DNA of 64,000 nucleotides from an uncultured bacterium (GTDB lineage Bacteria > Verrucomicrobiota > Kiritimatiellia > CAIKKV01 > CAIJXV01), in contig CAIJXV010000009.1 of the NCBI GenBank assembly GCA_903824675.1, positions 956 through 64,955 on the forward strand. The letters are read 5' to 3'. The notes under the pieces were generated by a model, which was not told the origin of the DNA, made no database searches, and saw nothing but the letters and a program-made list of their open reading frames with translations. Positions 27,805 through 37,321 of the stretch are shown here, one piece after another; the stretch's first letter is position 1; the number at the start of each line of letters is the position of its first letter. Both the position numbers and the translations under genes were made by a program.

Positions 27805-29718
27805 ATGAAATCGAACCCACTTTCGCTCAAAGCCGTGCAAGTCACCGGCTCCTTTTGGGGGCCCCGTCGGGCCATTAATCGGACCCGGACCCTGCCCCTG
27901 GAATACACGATCAACAAGCAGCGGGGGGTTCTTAAAGCCTATCAATGGGATTGGTGCGATCCGACGCAGGGCGTAGCACCCTGGAAGATCGTAGTGGGCG
28001 ATCTCGGGAAATGGATTGAAGCCACGGCCTATTCCCTGGCCACCGATCCGGATCCCGTTTTGGAAGCGCAGATGGAAGAGGTCGTCTCTGAAATTATGAA
28101 GGGGCAGAAAGAGGATGGCTATTTATTTGCCAACCCGATCCGGCGCGATCAGCAGTGGGCCAATCTGCAGGAATATCACGAACTCTATGATGGGGGCCAT
28201 ACGATCGAGGCGGCGGTGGCGCATTATGAGACCACCGGACGGCGGCATTTTCTGGACGCCATGTGCCGCTATGCCGACCTGCTGGTGAAAACTTTCGGCC
28301 GGAAGCCGGGCCAGATTCGCGGCTACTGCGGACATCCGGAGATTGAACTCGCCCTGATGAAGTTATACCGGGCGACCGGTACTCCGGCCTATTTGGAACT
28401 GGCTGAATATTTTGTGGATGAGCGCGGACGTCAGCCTTATTATTTCGACGTCGAGCGCGAAAAAAACCTGGCTTCCGGCCTTCCGTTTTTTAAATGGTAC
28501 CAACCGGGCCATTATGTTCCCTGCCAGGCTCACCAGCCGTTGAAAGAGCAAAAAGATGCCGTGGGGCATTCCGTGCGCGCCCTCTATCTCTACAGTGGCG
28601 CCGTGGATGTGGCTGCTGCCCGTGGCGATCGGGCTCTGCTGGCGGCCTGCCGCAGGCTCTGGACCAGCGTGACTCGACGGCGGATGTATATCACCGGCGG
28701 GGTGGGTTCGACCTCCATCGGCGAGGCGTTCACCTTCGATTATGATCTGCCCGACGAAAGCGGGTATGCCGAAACCTGCGCCAATATCGCGCTGGTGTTT
28801 TTTGCCCACCGATTCTTACAGATCGAGCCGTCCTCCGATTATGCCGATGTGATGGAGCGCGCACTCTACAACGGTATTCTCAGCGGAGTGGCGCTGGATG
28901 GCCAGAAATTCTTTTATGCCAATCATCTGGCCGTGTGCCCCTCCGCAACTCAGGGCGTGAATGACGCAACGGCGCTGACCCGTCAGGAATGGTTTGGCTG
29001 TGCCTGTTGCCCGCCTAATGTGGCCCGGTTGCTGGCCTCGTTGGGGCAATACGTTTATTCCCAGTCGGCGGACACGGTCTATGTTCATTTGTTTGTGAAC
29101 GGCGCGGCCGACTGCGAACTGGCCGGACGCAAGGTTCGCCTAGAGCAGGAGACCCGATATCCCTGGGAAGAGCGGGTCAATTTGACCGTCACGCCAGATC
29201 AGCCGGGTCGATTCACGGTGGCGGTCCGTCTGCCCGGCTGGTGCCGCAAGCCGCGTCTGCGAGTCAACGGCAAGATGCAGGCCACGGCCGGTCTGAACCG
29301 TAACGGTTATGCCCTGATTTGTCGCGAGTGGCGGGCGGGAGATCAGATCACCATGGATCTGCCGATGCCGGTGGAACGGGTGGAGGCGCATCCGGGGGTT
29401 CGCATGGAATGCGGCCGGATCGCTCTGCAACGGGGGCCGGTGGTATATTGTCTGGAAGAAGTGGACAATGGGCGCAACTTGGCGGATTTGATCATTTCCC
29501 GAAAGGCCGCGATTCGTGCGGTCTTCCGTCCCAACCTCTTGGGCGGGTGCGTGGTCTTGAACGGGCTTGCCCAGCGGCGTGATCTAAAAGGCTGGAGTGG
29601 GGTGCTCTATCAGACCGACCGGACCCCTCTTAAAAAGGTCCCCTTCGCCGCCGTGCCGTATGCCCTGTGGGCCAATCGGAAATCGGGCGAAATGCGCGTT
29701 TGGATCCGGGAGGAATAA
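27805..29718 (+). CDS. GH127-family glycoside hydrolase (beta-L-arabinofuranosidase-like, DUF1680)
   Basis: EWFGCACCPPNVARLLASLG: the CCPPN Cys cluster is the Zn-ligand signature of HypBA1-type GH127 enzymes. Length 637 aa is typical. Confidence 0.8.
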   Translation: MKSNPLSLKAVQVTGSFWGPRRAINRTRTLPLEYTINKQRGVLKAYQWDWCDPTQGVAPWKIVVGDLGKWIEATAYSLATDPDPVLEAQMEEVVSEIMKGQKEDGYLFANPIRRDQQWANLQEYHELYDGGHTIEAAVAHYETTGRRHFLDAMCRYADLLVKTFGRKPGQIRGYCGHPEIELALMKLYRATGTPAYLELAEYFVDERGRQPYYFDVEREKNLASGLPFFKWYQPGHYVPCQAHQPLKEQKDAVGHSVRALYLYSGAVDVAAARGDRALLAACRRLWTSVTRRRMYITGGVGSTSIGEAFTFDYDLPDESGYAETCANIALVFFAHRFLQIEPSSDYADVMERALYNGILSGVALDGQKFFYANHLAVCPSATQGVNDATALTRQEWFGCACCPPNVARLLASLGQYVYSQSADTVYVHLFVNGAADCELAGRKVRLEQETRYPWEERVNLTVTPDQPGRFTVAVRLPGWCRKPRLRVNGKMQATAGLNRNGYALICREWRAGDQITMDLPMPVERVEAHPGVRMECGRIALQRGPVVYCLEEVDNGRNLADLIISRKAAIRAVFRPNLLGGCVVLNGLAQRRDLKGWSGVLYQTDRTPLKKVPFAAVPYALWANRKSGEMRVWIREE

Positions 29719-29722
29719 TTCA

Positions 29723-30535
29723 ATGAATTCACTGGTCAAGGACATTCAACAGGCGCGTCCGGCGGCGGACGAGATCCTAATTTGGGGGTTGGGCCAGCAC
29801 AGTTTCGTAGCCCGGATCGGCAACCGGATTCTCTGGTTGGATCCTTTTTTAAGCGACTGGCCTGGCCGGTTGATTCCTTCACCCATCCGGCCGGAGGAGT
29901 TGATTTGCGGGGACTTAATTTTTGGCAGTCACGATCATGCCGATCACATCGATCGAGGCGCCTGGCCGACGCTGGCGAAGGTGACTAATGCCCAATTTGT
30001 GATCCCGGCCCTATTTGCCGAACGGTTACCCGGCGAACTGGGTATTCCCTCCGAACGGTTCATCGCCATTGATGACGGGCAGACGGTGGAGGTGGCGGGG
30101 GTTCGGATTACCGGGGTGGCGGCGGCGCACGAACGGCTCAACCGGGATCCGGCGACCGGGCATTATCCCTGTCTGGGGTTTCTGATTGAAGCCGGTGGTT
30201 TTTGCCTGTATCACGCCGGCGATTCCTGCGTGTATGAGGGGTTGTTGACGAAATTGAAACGGGGGCGGCCCGACGTGATGTTCGTGCCGATTAATGGGCG
30301 GGATGCCCAGCGCTTGGCCGCCGGGTGCATCGGCAATATGACGTATCAGGAAGCCGTCGATTTGGTGGGCGAGACGGGGCCGGGCCTGGCGATCCCCGCC
30401 CATTATGATATGTTCGAGGGCAACACGGCGGACCCCCAGTTGTTCCTCGAGTACCTGCGGGTCAAGTATCCGGCTGTAACCGGAAAGATCTGTGGCGTCG
30501 GCCAAAAAGTGGTGTGGAAGAAGACGGGCGCATAG
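29723..30535 (+). CDS. MBL-fold metallo-hydrolase (UlaG/lactonase-like)
   Basis: HxHxDH motif (GSHDHADHID) and downstream His/Asp ligands. 5-nt gap after GH127. Confidence 0.7.
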   Translation: MNSLVKDIQQARPAADEILIWGLGQHSFVARIGNRILWLDPFLSDWPGRLIPSPIRPEELICGDLIFGSHDHADHIDRGAWPTLAKVTNAQFVIPALFAERLPGELGIPSERFIAIDDGQTVEVAGVRITGVAAAHERLNRDPATGHYPCLGFLIEAGGFCLYHAGDSCVYEGLLTKLKRGRPDVMFVPINGRDAQRLAAGCIGNMTYQEAVDLVGETGPGLAIPAHYDMFEGNTADPQLFLEYLRVKYPAVTGKICGVGQKVVWKKTGA

Positions 30536-30769
30536 GGCAGAGCGCAGGATTCTTGACTCTGCGAACATGCGCCTAAACCCTGCGGCACTCAGCGAGAAAA
30601 TCCGCGCCTTGTTGACGAAATGCCAACCACCCACTATTTTCCAGAATGAACTCTGATTCGGTATTGTGGGCCGGGCCTCAGTGCCCGGCGGACGGATGGA
30701 TCGCGAAGACGCCCGCCGCAGAGGGCGGGCCGACATCGATTGAAAATGCGTCGTTCTCGGGTAATCCCG

Positions 30770-32359
30770 CTATTTCCGTTGCGCCAGGATCCGTCGCATA
30801 TTGCCGCCTAGAATCGGCTTTAAAACTGAATCCGGGATATCCAGCGAAAGCAAACGCGCCAATTCCCATTCGAACCCATGCACCATGGCATCGGTGCCAA
30901 AGACCACCTGACGCGGGTTGACGCGTTTCAGAGTGTCTTCCCAGCGCACGGTTGAACAAAAACTGCCGCACCATTCCAGGTAAACATTCGAATGCTTCTG
31001 CGCCAGCGCTTCGGCTTCCTCTCGGCCCTGGTCGCCCCCGCCGGAATGCCCCAGCAAAAAGGATATGTTGGGGTAACGTTTAACGAGATCTTTAAACATC
31101 GCGGGGCCGTTGAATCCGCCGTCCCAGGTGTGGTTCAGAACGGGCAGGTGGTGTCGATTGGCGTAGGCCCACATCGGTTCAAAGCGGGGGTCGGTGATGT
31201 CAACCCGCCAGTAACTGCAGAGCGTTTTGAACCCTTTGAAAACCGGTCCCTTGAAATAGGCGTCGAATCGGGGGGTCAATTCAGAGGCGTAGAACGGATT
31301 GAACGCCAGGTAGCCCACAATGCGGTCAGAGTAGGGGCGAAGAATCGTCTCAATCAGGTCATTCCCTTCCACGGGGCTCCCCATCAACGCCTGCATGCCC
31401 GACAGGATAAACGTTTGAATGCCGATCGCATCCATGGATTGAAGGCAGGCCTTGAGCTGTTGGCGTTCTTCCTGTGCTTCCAGAATATACCCCCCGGAAG
31501 GTCCCAGATGGCCATGCGCATCGACCACATCGACGCCTAAGGGCTGGCCCTCCAGAAAGCGGGGCCACAGGGTGTTGGCCTTCCAGTGTGACGGCAAGGT
31601 CTGCTGTGCGGAATTCAAACCGGTCAAACGGTCCAAATTACCATGCGCGATTTTTTTTCGTTGGGCTTCGGTGATATCCGCCCGCGCCAGGGCGCCGATG
31701 GCCGCGCCATTGTGGGATTTCAATCCGGTCCCGAAAACCAGACGATCCGCGCCGAAATGGTTTACCAGGAGTTCGATGGCCTGGAAGGTATGAAGATACG
31801 AAATATCCATCAGGATATTGGGGCGGCGGCGCAGCAGGTCGAACACGGTTACTTCCGCGCTCCAGAAAACCTGCGTCAAAATCAGAGGAACGTCCGGGAA
31901 CTCGGCCGTAAACTCCAGGATGTCAGCCACCGAAGCCTGGTCGTATCCCAACACGATGAAGGGCTTCAGCTTGCGAATGGAACGGATGATCGGTTCCAAT
32001 TGCATGAGCGTCAAGCGCCCGAAAACCGCGGTGAAACGCAATGCGCGGCAGGGCATCCGCTTCATTTGACGGGTGAGCGACTCGATCCCCTCACGTTCGT
32101 AAATCATCAAATTGGAAACGGTCAGGGCGGGAAAGATCCGGCCGGCTGCCCCGGGCGTATTTTGAATTTCGTCCAATAACTTTTGATTACTGGAGAGCGC
32201 GTGATTCTGAACGGATTCGATATTCCACACCAGGGACCGGCTGATCCCCAGTCGGTTCATGGTGTCCAGCCGATCCTGGATGGAGGGGAATTCGACATTT
32301 CCGGATGACGGCTTCCCGAAGCTGGCGTTGACATCGAATAATGCCGGTTGTGATTTCAT
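30770..32359 (-). CDS. Amidohydrolase-2 (TIM-barrel metal-dependent hydrolase) family protein, two-domain
   Basis: VDAHGHLGP metal-binding block and HxxW/DxM-like blocks. 529 aa with two amidohydrolase-like halves. Confidence 0.6.
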   Translation of the reverse strand: MKSQPALFDVNASFGKPSSGNVEFPSIQDRLDTMNRLGISRSLVWNIESVQNHALSSNQKLLDEIQNTPGAAGRIFPALTVSNLMIYEREGIESLTRQMKRMPCRALRFTAVFGRLTLMQLEPIIRSIRKLKPFIVLGYDQASVADILEFTAEFPDVPLILTQVFWSAEVTVFDLLRRRPNILMDISYLHTFQAIELLVNHFGADRLVFGTGLKSHNGAAIGALARADITEAQRKKIAHGNLDRLTGLNSAQQTLPSHWKANTLWPRFLEGQPLGVDVVDAHGHLGPSGGYILEAQEERQQLKACLQSMDAIGIQTFILSGMQALMGSPVEGNDLIETILRPYSDRIVGYLAFNPFYASELTPRFDAYFKGPVFKGFKTLCSYWRVDITDPRFEPMWAYANRHHLPVLNHTWDGGFNGPAMFKDLVKRYPNISFLLGHSGGGDQGREEAEALAQKHSNVYLEWCGSFCSTVRWEDTLKRVNPRQVVFGTDAMVHGFEWELARLLSLDIPDSVLKPILGGNMRRILAQRK

Positions 32360-33135
32360 GACAGCAAATTCGCGGTTTTCCGCAGGGATTCTTCGCTCGG
32401 CAGGAGGGGCTTGTATTCCAATCCAAAAAAGCCCTGATAGCCGGCCGCGAGGATTTTCTGCATGACAAACGGGTAGTTCATTTCCCCCTCGAAAAGTTCA
32501 TGCCGTCCGGGAACTCCGGCCGTGTGGAAATGACCGATCAATCCGAGATTGGGAAGGATGAACTCCAGATGATTCCCGCCCATAATCTGCATATGGTACA
32601 AATCGTAAAGTAATTTGACGTTCGGAAGATGAACTTCCTTGACGATCTCCATCGAGACTTCCCGCGATTCGAGGTAGTAACCCTTGTGGTCCACCAGCGT
32701 GTTGAGCGGCTCCAGATTCAGGGCAAATCCTTTTTTCGCTGCCTTTGTTCCGGCCTCGATCAGGCAGTCGACCAGGGTTTTTCGGTGTTCCTCAGAGGTC
32801 TGTCCGGGGACATGATTCCCCGTGGTCACGATTCCCATGTGACAACCGGCGGCCAAGGCATTATCGGAATACCGGTCGAGTTGTTCGATAAAGGCTTTCC
32901 GGTTGCCGGTTTTTACGGGGGCGACGGTCATGTCGCTCGGGCCGTTCATAACGATGCTGACGAAGCGCACGCCGTTTTGAATGCAGGCGTCGCCGATTTT
33001 TTTAACCACCGCGGCGTCGCCGCCCTGCCAGGTTTCGATGGCCGTATAGCCGAGCGCCGCCACTTTGGGGACCCGCTGGTCCATCGGCAGTTCGCTGTAA
33101 AAGAGGTCGATCAGGACATTGGTATGGCGCAACAT
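32356..33135 (-). CDS. Sugar phosphate isomerase/epimerase (xylose-isomerase-like TIM barrel; hydroxypyruvate-isomerase-like)
   Basis: IETWQ...LNLEP...GHFHTAG pattern of AP-endonuclease-2/xylose-isomerase-like TIM barrels. Start taken at MLRHTNV, 2 nt after the upstream stop. 4-nt overlap with the amidohydrolase. Confidence 0.7.
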   Translation of the reverse strand: MLRHTNVLIDLFYSELPMDQRVPKVAALGYTAIETWQGGDAAVVKKIGDACIQNGVRFVSIVMNGPSDMTVAPVKTGNRKAFIEQLDRYSDNALAAGCHMGIVTTGNHVPGQTSEEHRKTLVDCLIEAGTKAAKKGFALNLEPLNTLVDHKGYYLESREVSMEIVKEVHLPNVKLLYDLYHMQIMGGNHLEFILPNLGLIGHFHTAGVPGRHELFEGEMNYPFVMQKILAAGYQGFFGLEYKPLLPSEESLRKTANLLS

Positions 33136-33137
33136 AA

Positions 33138-34415
33138 TCAGGCTCCTTTGAAGAGATTCTTGAGATCGGCGCTTAATTTCGCGGCAAACTGGGCAGCCCA
33201 GTCGGCATCGTACGTCGGGATGATGCGCGTGGTGGCCAGGCGCAACATGATGTTCTTGGTTTTGGGGCACATGTCCTGGGAGTAAGCCGGCAATTTGCCG
33301 ACATGCGGACAGGTGAAGGGACAGCCTTCACGGGTGACCGTCTTCTGCTCGAGAATGTGTTCCCAACTCCAATAGACGTGCCAGTCCCGGACGCCTTGGG
33401 CGTTGGACGCCAGACCGCCGAGTCCGATGTTGGCCTTGATGGCGGTGACGGCCTGTTCCTGGGTTTCGAACAGGATGCCGAGCACATATCCGCAGACCCC
33501 GTCCGCGTCGTTGCTCTCCACCCACTTGGCGCAGGACGGAAGTTTCACTTCAGCGCGGAGCTGTTTCCAGACGGCGCGGGTCCGGGCGTTGATGTCGTCC
33601 AGCTTGCGGATCTGGGCGATGCCGACGGCGGCACAGAGTTCCGGCATGCGATAGTTTTCGCCGCAGAAGAGTTCGCCGGGTTTGCGCTCGCGGGCATACC
33701 GGTCCGGGCGCCAGCAGGCCGCCGCGTCATGGAAACTCTGCGCCCGGGTGTACATCCATTCGTTGTCGGTGAGGACCAGGCCGCCTTCGCCGGTGCCGAT
33801 GACCTTGTAGGCATCGAGACTGATGCAGCCGATGTCGCCGAGCGTCCCCAGATATTTGCCTTTATATTTGCCGCCGAAGGCTTGGGCCGTATCTTCGATG
33901 ATCTTGATCTTGTGCTTGGCCGCAATCGCGCGGAGTTCATTCATCTTGGAGGGCAATCCCAGCATGTGCACCGGCAGGATGGCCTTGGTTTTGGAGGTGA
34001 TGTTCTTTTCCACCGCGGCCGGGTCAAGCGTCAGGGTTTCATCGATCTCGGTGATGACCGGAATGGCCTTGGCGACCACGACGGCCGAGGCGCTGGCGAA
34101 GAAGGTGTAGGCCGGGACAATCACCTCGTCGCCGGGGCCGACTTCCGCCGCGACCATCGCCGCGATCAGGGCGCTGGTGCCGGAATTGACGGCCAGGGCA
34201 TACTTGGAACCGGTTTTTTCGCAGACCATCTTTTCGAAGGCGTCGGTGCGGCTGTTGGGGTTATAGTAACGGAAGAAATTGCCGGCATCGGGCTGGACAG
34301 GGTCCTGGTCGACAATGGCCCGGATCTTGGCCCGACTCTCGGGGCTGACGTTGAACACATTGATGACTTCCATCAGTTCGTCGGTCGCGTACTTTTTGTA
34401 GGTATAGTCTTTCAT
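33138..34415 (-). CDS. DegT/DnrJ/EryC1/StrS-family PLP-dependent sugar aminotransferase
   Basis: Family blocks (NSGTSALIAAM, ...DTAQAFG, lysine region) characteristic of DegT aminotransferases. The antisense ORF 33303..34439 is a GC artefact. Confidence 0.8.
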   Translation of the reverse strand: MKDYTYKKYATDELMEVINVFNVSPESRAKIRAIVDQDPVQPDAGNFFRYYNPNSRTDAFEKMVCEKTGSKYALAVNSGTSALIAAMVAAEVGPGDEVIVPAYTFFASASAVVVAKAIPVITEIDETLTLDPAAVEKNITSKTKAILPVHMLGLPSKMNELRAIAAKHKIKIIEDTAQAFGGKYKGKYLGTLGDIGCISLDAYKVIGTGEGGLVLTDNEWMYTRAQSFHDAAACWRPDRYARERKPGELFCGENYRMPELCAAVGIAQIRKLDDINARTRAVWKQLRAEVKLPSCAKWVESNDADGVCGYVLGILFETQEQAVTAIKANIGLGGLASNAQGVRDWHVYWSWEHILEQKTVTREGCPFTCPHVGKLPAYSQDMCPKTKNIMLRLATTRIIPTYDADWAAQFAAKLSADLKNLFKGA

Positions 34416-34541
34416 GGCGGTCCTCGTCTGGGGTTGTGAAAACAAATTGATTTACGGCTTAAAAATCTATAATAGAACCTTTGAAAAGCCAATAGCGGGG
34501 ATTGCAGATAACATACACAATCTTGCAAGACGGGAGCGGGT

Positions 34542-35405
34542 ATGGATCGTCGGCTGAAGGTGAGTTTTTCGTTTTTTGACGAAGGACGCGGGAAAATAAT
34601 TCCCCGCGTATCGACGGTGTGCTGTTTTCCCTTGAATGTCCGGCGGGTGGAACGCTGCCACCGAAATACCACCTGGGCGCTGGAGTATCACGCCCGGAAT
34701 TCGGGGACGGTCTATTTCGGCTCCCTCTCCGGAAAACACATCGAACGGGAGGCGGGGACCATCCACCTCTATGCCCCCGGATGTGTGTATGGAGAGGACA
34801 GCCGTGATGCGGATCTTCCGGCCCAGGAGACGTACTGGATCTTCTCGGGTGGCGACGTGGCCGGGTTGGCGCCTTTTGTCGATAATCCCCGCCGCTTTGC
34901 CCGCTTTTTCGATCCGGATAATCTGATCGGCAAATTGATGCTGACATCCGCCCATTTCTGCAATGACCGGGGGCAAGGCGCCTTTTGGATGGCTCAGAGT
35001 CTGTTTGCAGAGGCGCTGTTTCATCTGCAAGGCAGCCGCAAAACCAGCCCTTTCGATTATCGGGTATCGGCCTCGGAACCGCCTCAGAATTTTGGTTTCC
35101 AAATCGAACAATATTTGCGTCGGAACTTTTCAGAGCCCATCGGATTGGCCCATATTGCGCGGCATATGAAGACCAGTCCGTCTTTGCTCAGTCATAAGTT
35201 CAAGGATGAGACGGGCCTTTCGCCGATTGCCCGGCTCATCGAAATCCGGATCGAATATGCCAAGAGCTTGCTGCTGAAAGGCGAAAAGCTCAAGAGTATT
35301 GCCGCCTTGACCGGTCATTCCAGCGAATACCATCTGTCCCGGAATTTCAAAATCGTCACCGGGGTCTCGCCCGCAACCTTTCGTTCCGGGCCGTCCCGGC
35401 AGTAG
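34542..35405 (+). CDS. AraC-family transcriptional regulator (cupin-like N-domain + double HTH)
   Basis: C-terminal AHIARHMKTSPSLLSHKFKDETGLSPIARLIEIRIEYAKSLL...SIAALTGHSSEYHLSRNFK is a canonical AraC HTH pair. Divergent from the DegT operon. Confidence 0.8.
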   Translation: MDRRLKVSFSFFDEGRGKIIPRVSTVCCFPLNVRRVERCHRNTTWALEYHARNSGTVYFGSLSGKHIEREAGTIHLYAPGCVYGEDSRDADLPAQETYWIFSGGDVAGLAPFVDNPRRFARFFDPDNLIGKLMLTSAHFCNDRGQGAFWMAQSLFAEALFHLQGSRKTSPFDYRVSASEPPQNFGFQIEQYLRRNFSEPIGLAHIARHMKTSPSLLSHKFKDETGLSPIARLIEIRIEYAKSLLLKGEKLKSIAALTGHSSEYHLSRNFKIVTGVSPATFRSGPSRQ

Positions 35406-35419
35406 AACGGCAGACGTGC

Positions 35420-36568
35420 ATGAAAACACCCAAACAACGGATGCTGGATGCCTATCGCGGGATTCCCGCCGACCGTCCCCCGGTGGCTCCGGAACTCTGG
35501 TATTACTATCCCGCCAAACTGCTGGGCGTGGACATGGAAACGTTCCGTCGAATGCCATTTCACCAGGCGTTGAAGAAGGCCTTTGCCGTTGTCGGCTGCG
35601 AAGGATGGGGTTGCACCTTTGCCGGAAATACCCCATCCGATGTGGAGGTTCGGACCGAGGAACGACGATTGGATGCCGATCGGATCGAATCCTGTAGCAC
35701 GATCAGGACTCCCTATGGACCTCTGACCTCGGTGTACCAATCCGACCGACGCGAGGCGGGCGGCTGGGCGCGGGAGAAACCCATCAAGGATTTCGACCGC
35801 GACCTCAAGGCCTGGGAATATTTACGATTGGGTGGAGATCCGCAGGCGATTGATTTTTCAAGGGCCTGTGCTGATTGGGCGGAGACCGGAGATGCGTTCC
35901 TGCTGGAATTTTATATCGGCGACACGTTTTATGACTGGTTTGGCACCTCCTGCGAAGGCGACCTTGAAATGGCGTCGGTTTATTTCCTGGACCATGAGAA
36001 GGAACTGGAGGCCTTGCAGGAGCGATACATTGACAACATGATTCGCCGCACGCGGGCGGTTTGCACCCGGACGCCCTTCGAGAGCCTGTTTATCGGTTGC
36101 ACCTGGAGTTGTATGTCGCTGATCAGTCCGGCGACCTGGCGGCGATGGGACAAACCGGTGATCCGGGCCATTTGCGATGAAGCGCACCGGCACGGGCGGT
36201 TGGTCCACGTTCATTTACATGGTAAGAGCCTGGCGGTCGTGGATGATTTTCCCGAAATCGGGATCGATTGTGTCTGTCCCTTTGAGCGGGGCCCCGGTGG
36301 GGATGTGAATGGTTTGGCGGGTTTGAAAGAAGTGGCGCGTCGTCTGGCCGGACGGACGACCATGAATGGAAACATTCACACGGTGGAGACCCTCATCCGG
36401 GGCACACCGGCGGATGTGCGTCGGGAAGTGAATGAAGTGCTGGAGGCTTTCGCCGGAAATCCCCGGGTTATCGTGGGAACGGGCGACCAGGTGGGGCGTG
36501 AGACACCGGCGGAAAACCTGGCGGCGATGGTGGATGCGGTGGTGGGGGGCGGAGCGCGAAAGGCATAG
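35420..36568 (+). CDS. Uroporphyrinogen-decarboxylase-like (URO-D/MtaA family) protein
   Basis: N-terminal MLDAYRGIPADRPPVAPELWYYYP matches the URO-D family opening motif. (beta/alpha)8 length. Confidence 0.65.
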   Translation: MKTPKQRMLDAYRGIPADRPPVAPELWYYYPAKLLGVDMETFRRMPFHQALKKAFAVVGCEGWGCTFAGNTPSDVEVRTEERRLDADRIESCSTIRTPYGPLTSVYQSDRREAGGWAREKPIKDFDRDLKAWEYLRLGGDPQAIDFSRACADWAETGDAFLLEFYIGDTFYDWFGTSCEGDLEMASVYFLDHEKELEALQERYIDNMIRRTRAVCTRTPFESLFIGCTWSCMSLISPATWRRWDKPVIRAICDEAHRHGRLVHVHLHGKSLAVVDDFPEIGIDCVCPFERGPGGDVNGLAGLKEVARRLAGRTTMNGNIHTVETLIRGTPADVRREVNEVLEAFAGNPRVIVGTGDQVGRETPAENLAAMVDAVVGGGARKA

Positions 36569-36673
36569 GGCTTGGCGCCCCCAAATGGCTGAATTTCGAA
36601 TTGAGTTTGGACGAAAAGCCAACCTTCGGGTTGCGGCCCCGGTTATGCCGGGATGAGATATCTGGGACCCCAA

Positions 36674-37228
36674 TTATTGAGTCGCCCTCATTTGAAGGCG
36701 GGCGCGGGTCATCCGTTCCCGGAGGCCGCCTTCCTGGATGAAAGCTTGCTCCAGTTGCCGGATTTGTTGGTCGAGCAAGTAGTTGGTCACTTTGATGAGG
36801 CCGATGATGGCATTGGCGCGAATCGAGGGGGTGGGATGTTCAACGGCTTTTTTAAAGGTCGCATAGTTTGCATTGGGCAGTCGATTCAGTTCGCGGAGGC
36901 GTTTGACGTGGGGGTGGTCTTTAGGCCATTCTTCAAAACCGCGCGTGCGCAGGAAATCGCGATAGTCCGTCAATAACTCTTCAAGGCTGGCCCGCGCCAC
37001 GCTGGTTAATTTGAGCTCCATTTCTTTTGAAGTTCCTGACGCCTGGCTTCCCTCTACAATGTTTTGCTTCCCGGACCGTGCGGCTTGAACCATTTGGGCG
37101 ACGGTGCGATCTCGTCGATCGAGAAGGTCTGCGCAAAACTTGACCGTGGCGTCGTAGACGATTTGTGATTTTTGAAAGGAGAGCAGAGTTTGATAGCCGC
37201 CATGAGGCGGCAAGATGTGATTGGTCAT
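36674..37228 (-). CDS. Four-helix-bundle protein (TIGR02436-like; 23S rRNA intervening-sequence protein family)
   Basis: SGKQNIVEGSQASG resembles the family NIAEG signature. ~180 aa, all-helical. Lies 93 nt downstream of the Bat operon on the same strand. Confidence 0.7.
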   Translation of the reverse strand: MTNHILPPHGGYQTLLSFQKSQIVYDATVKFCADLLDRRDRTVAQMVQAARSGKQNIVEGSQASGTSKEMELKLTSVARASLEELLTDYRDFLRTRGFEEWPKDHPHVKRLRELNRLPNANYATFKKAVEHPTPSIRANAIIGLIKVTNYLLDQQIRQLEQAFIQEGGLRERMTRARLQMRATQ

Positions 37229-37321
37229 AAAAAATCCCCCAAAGGACTGAAGAACAAAAATGACCCAAACTTGAGTCGTTGAATGTCCCTTGAGTCCCTT
37301 TCCCTTTTCCCCAATTTCCCG

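Noticed and set aside
33303-34439. 378-aa plus-strand ORF antisense to the DegT aminotransferase
   Set aside because: No motifs and Gly/Asp/Arg-rich. The minus-strand frame has canonical DegT blocks.
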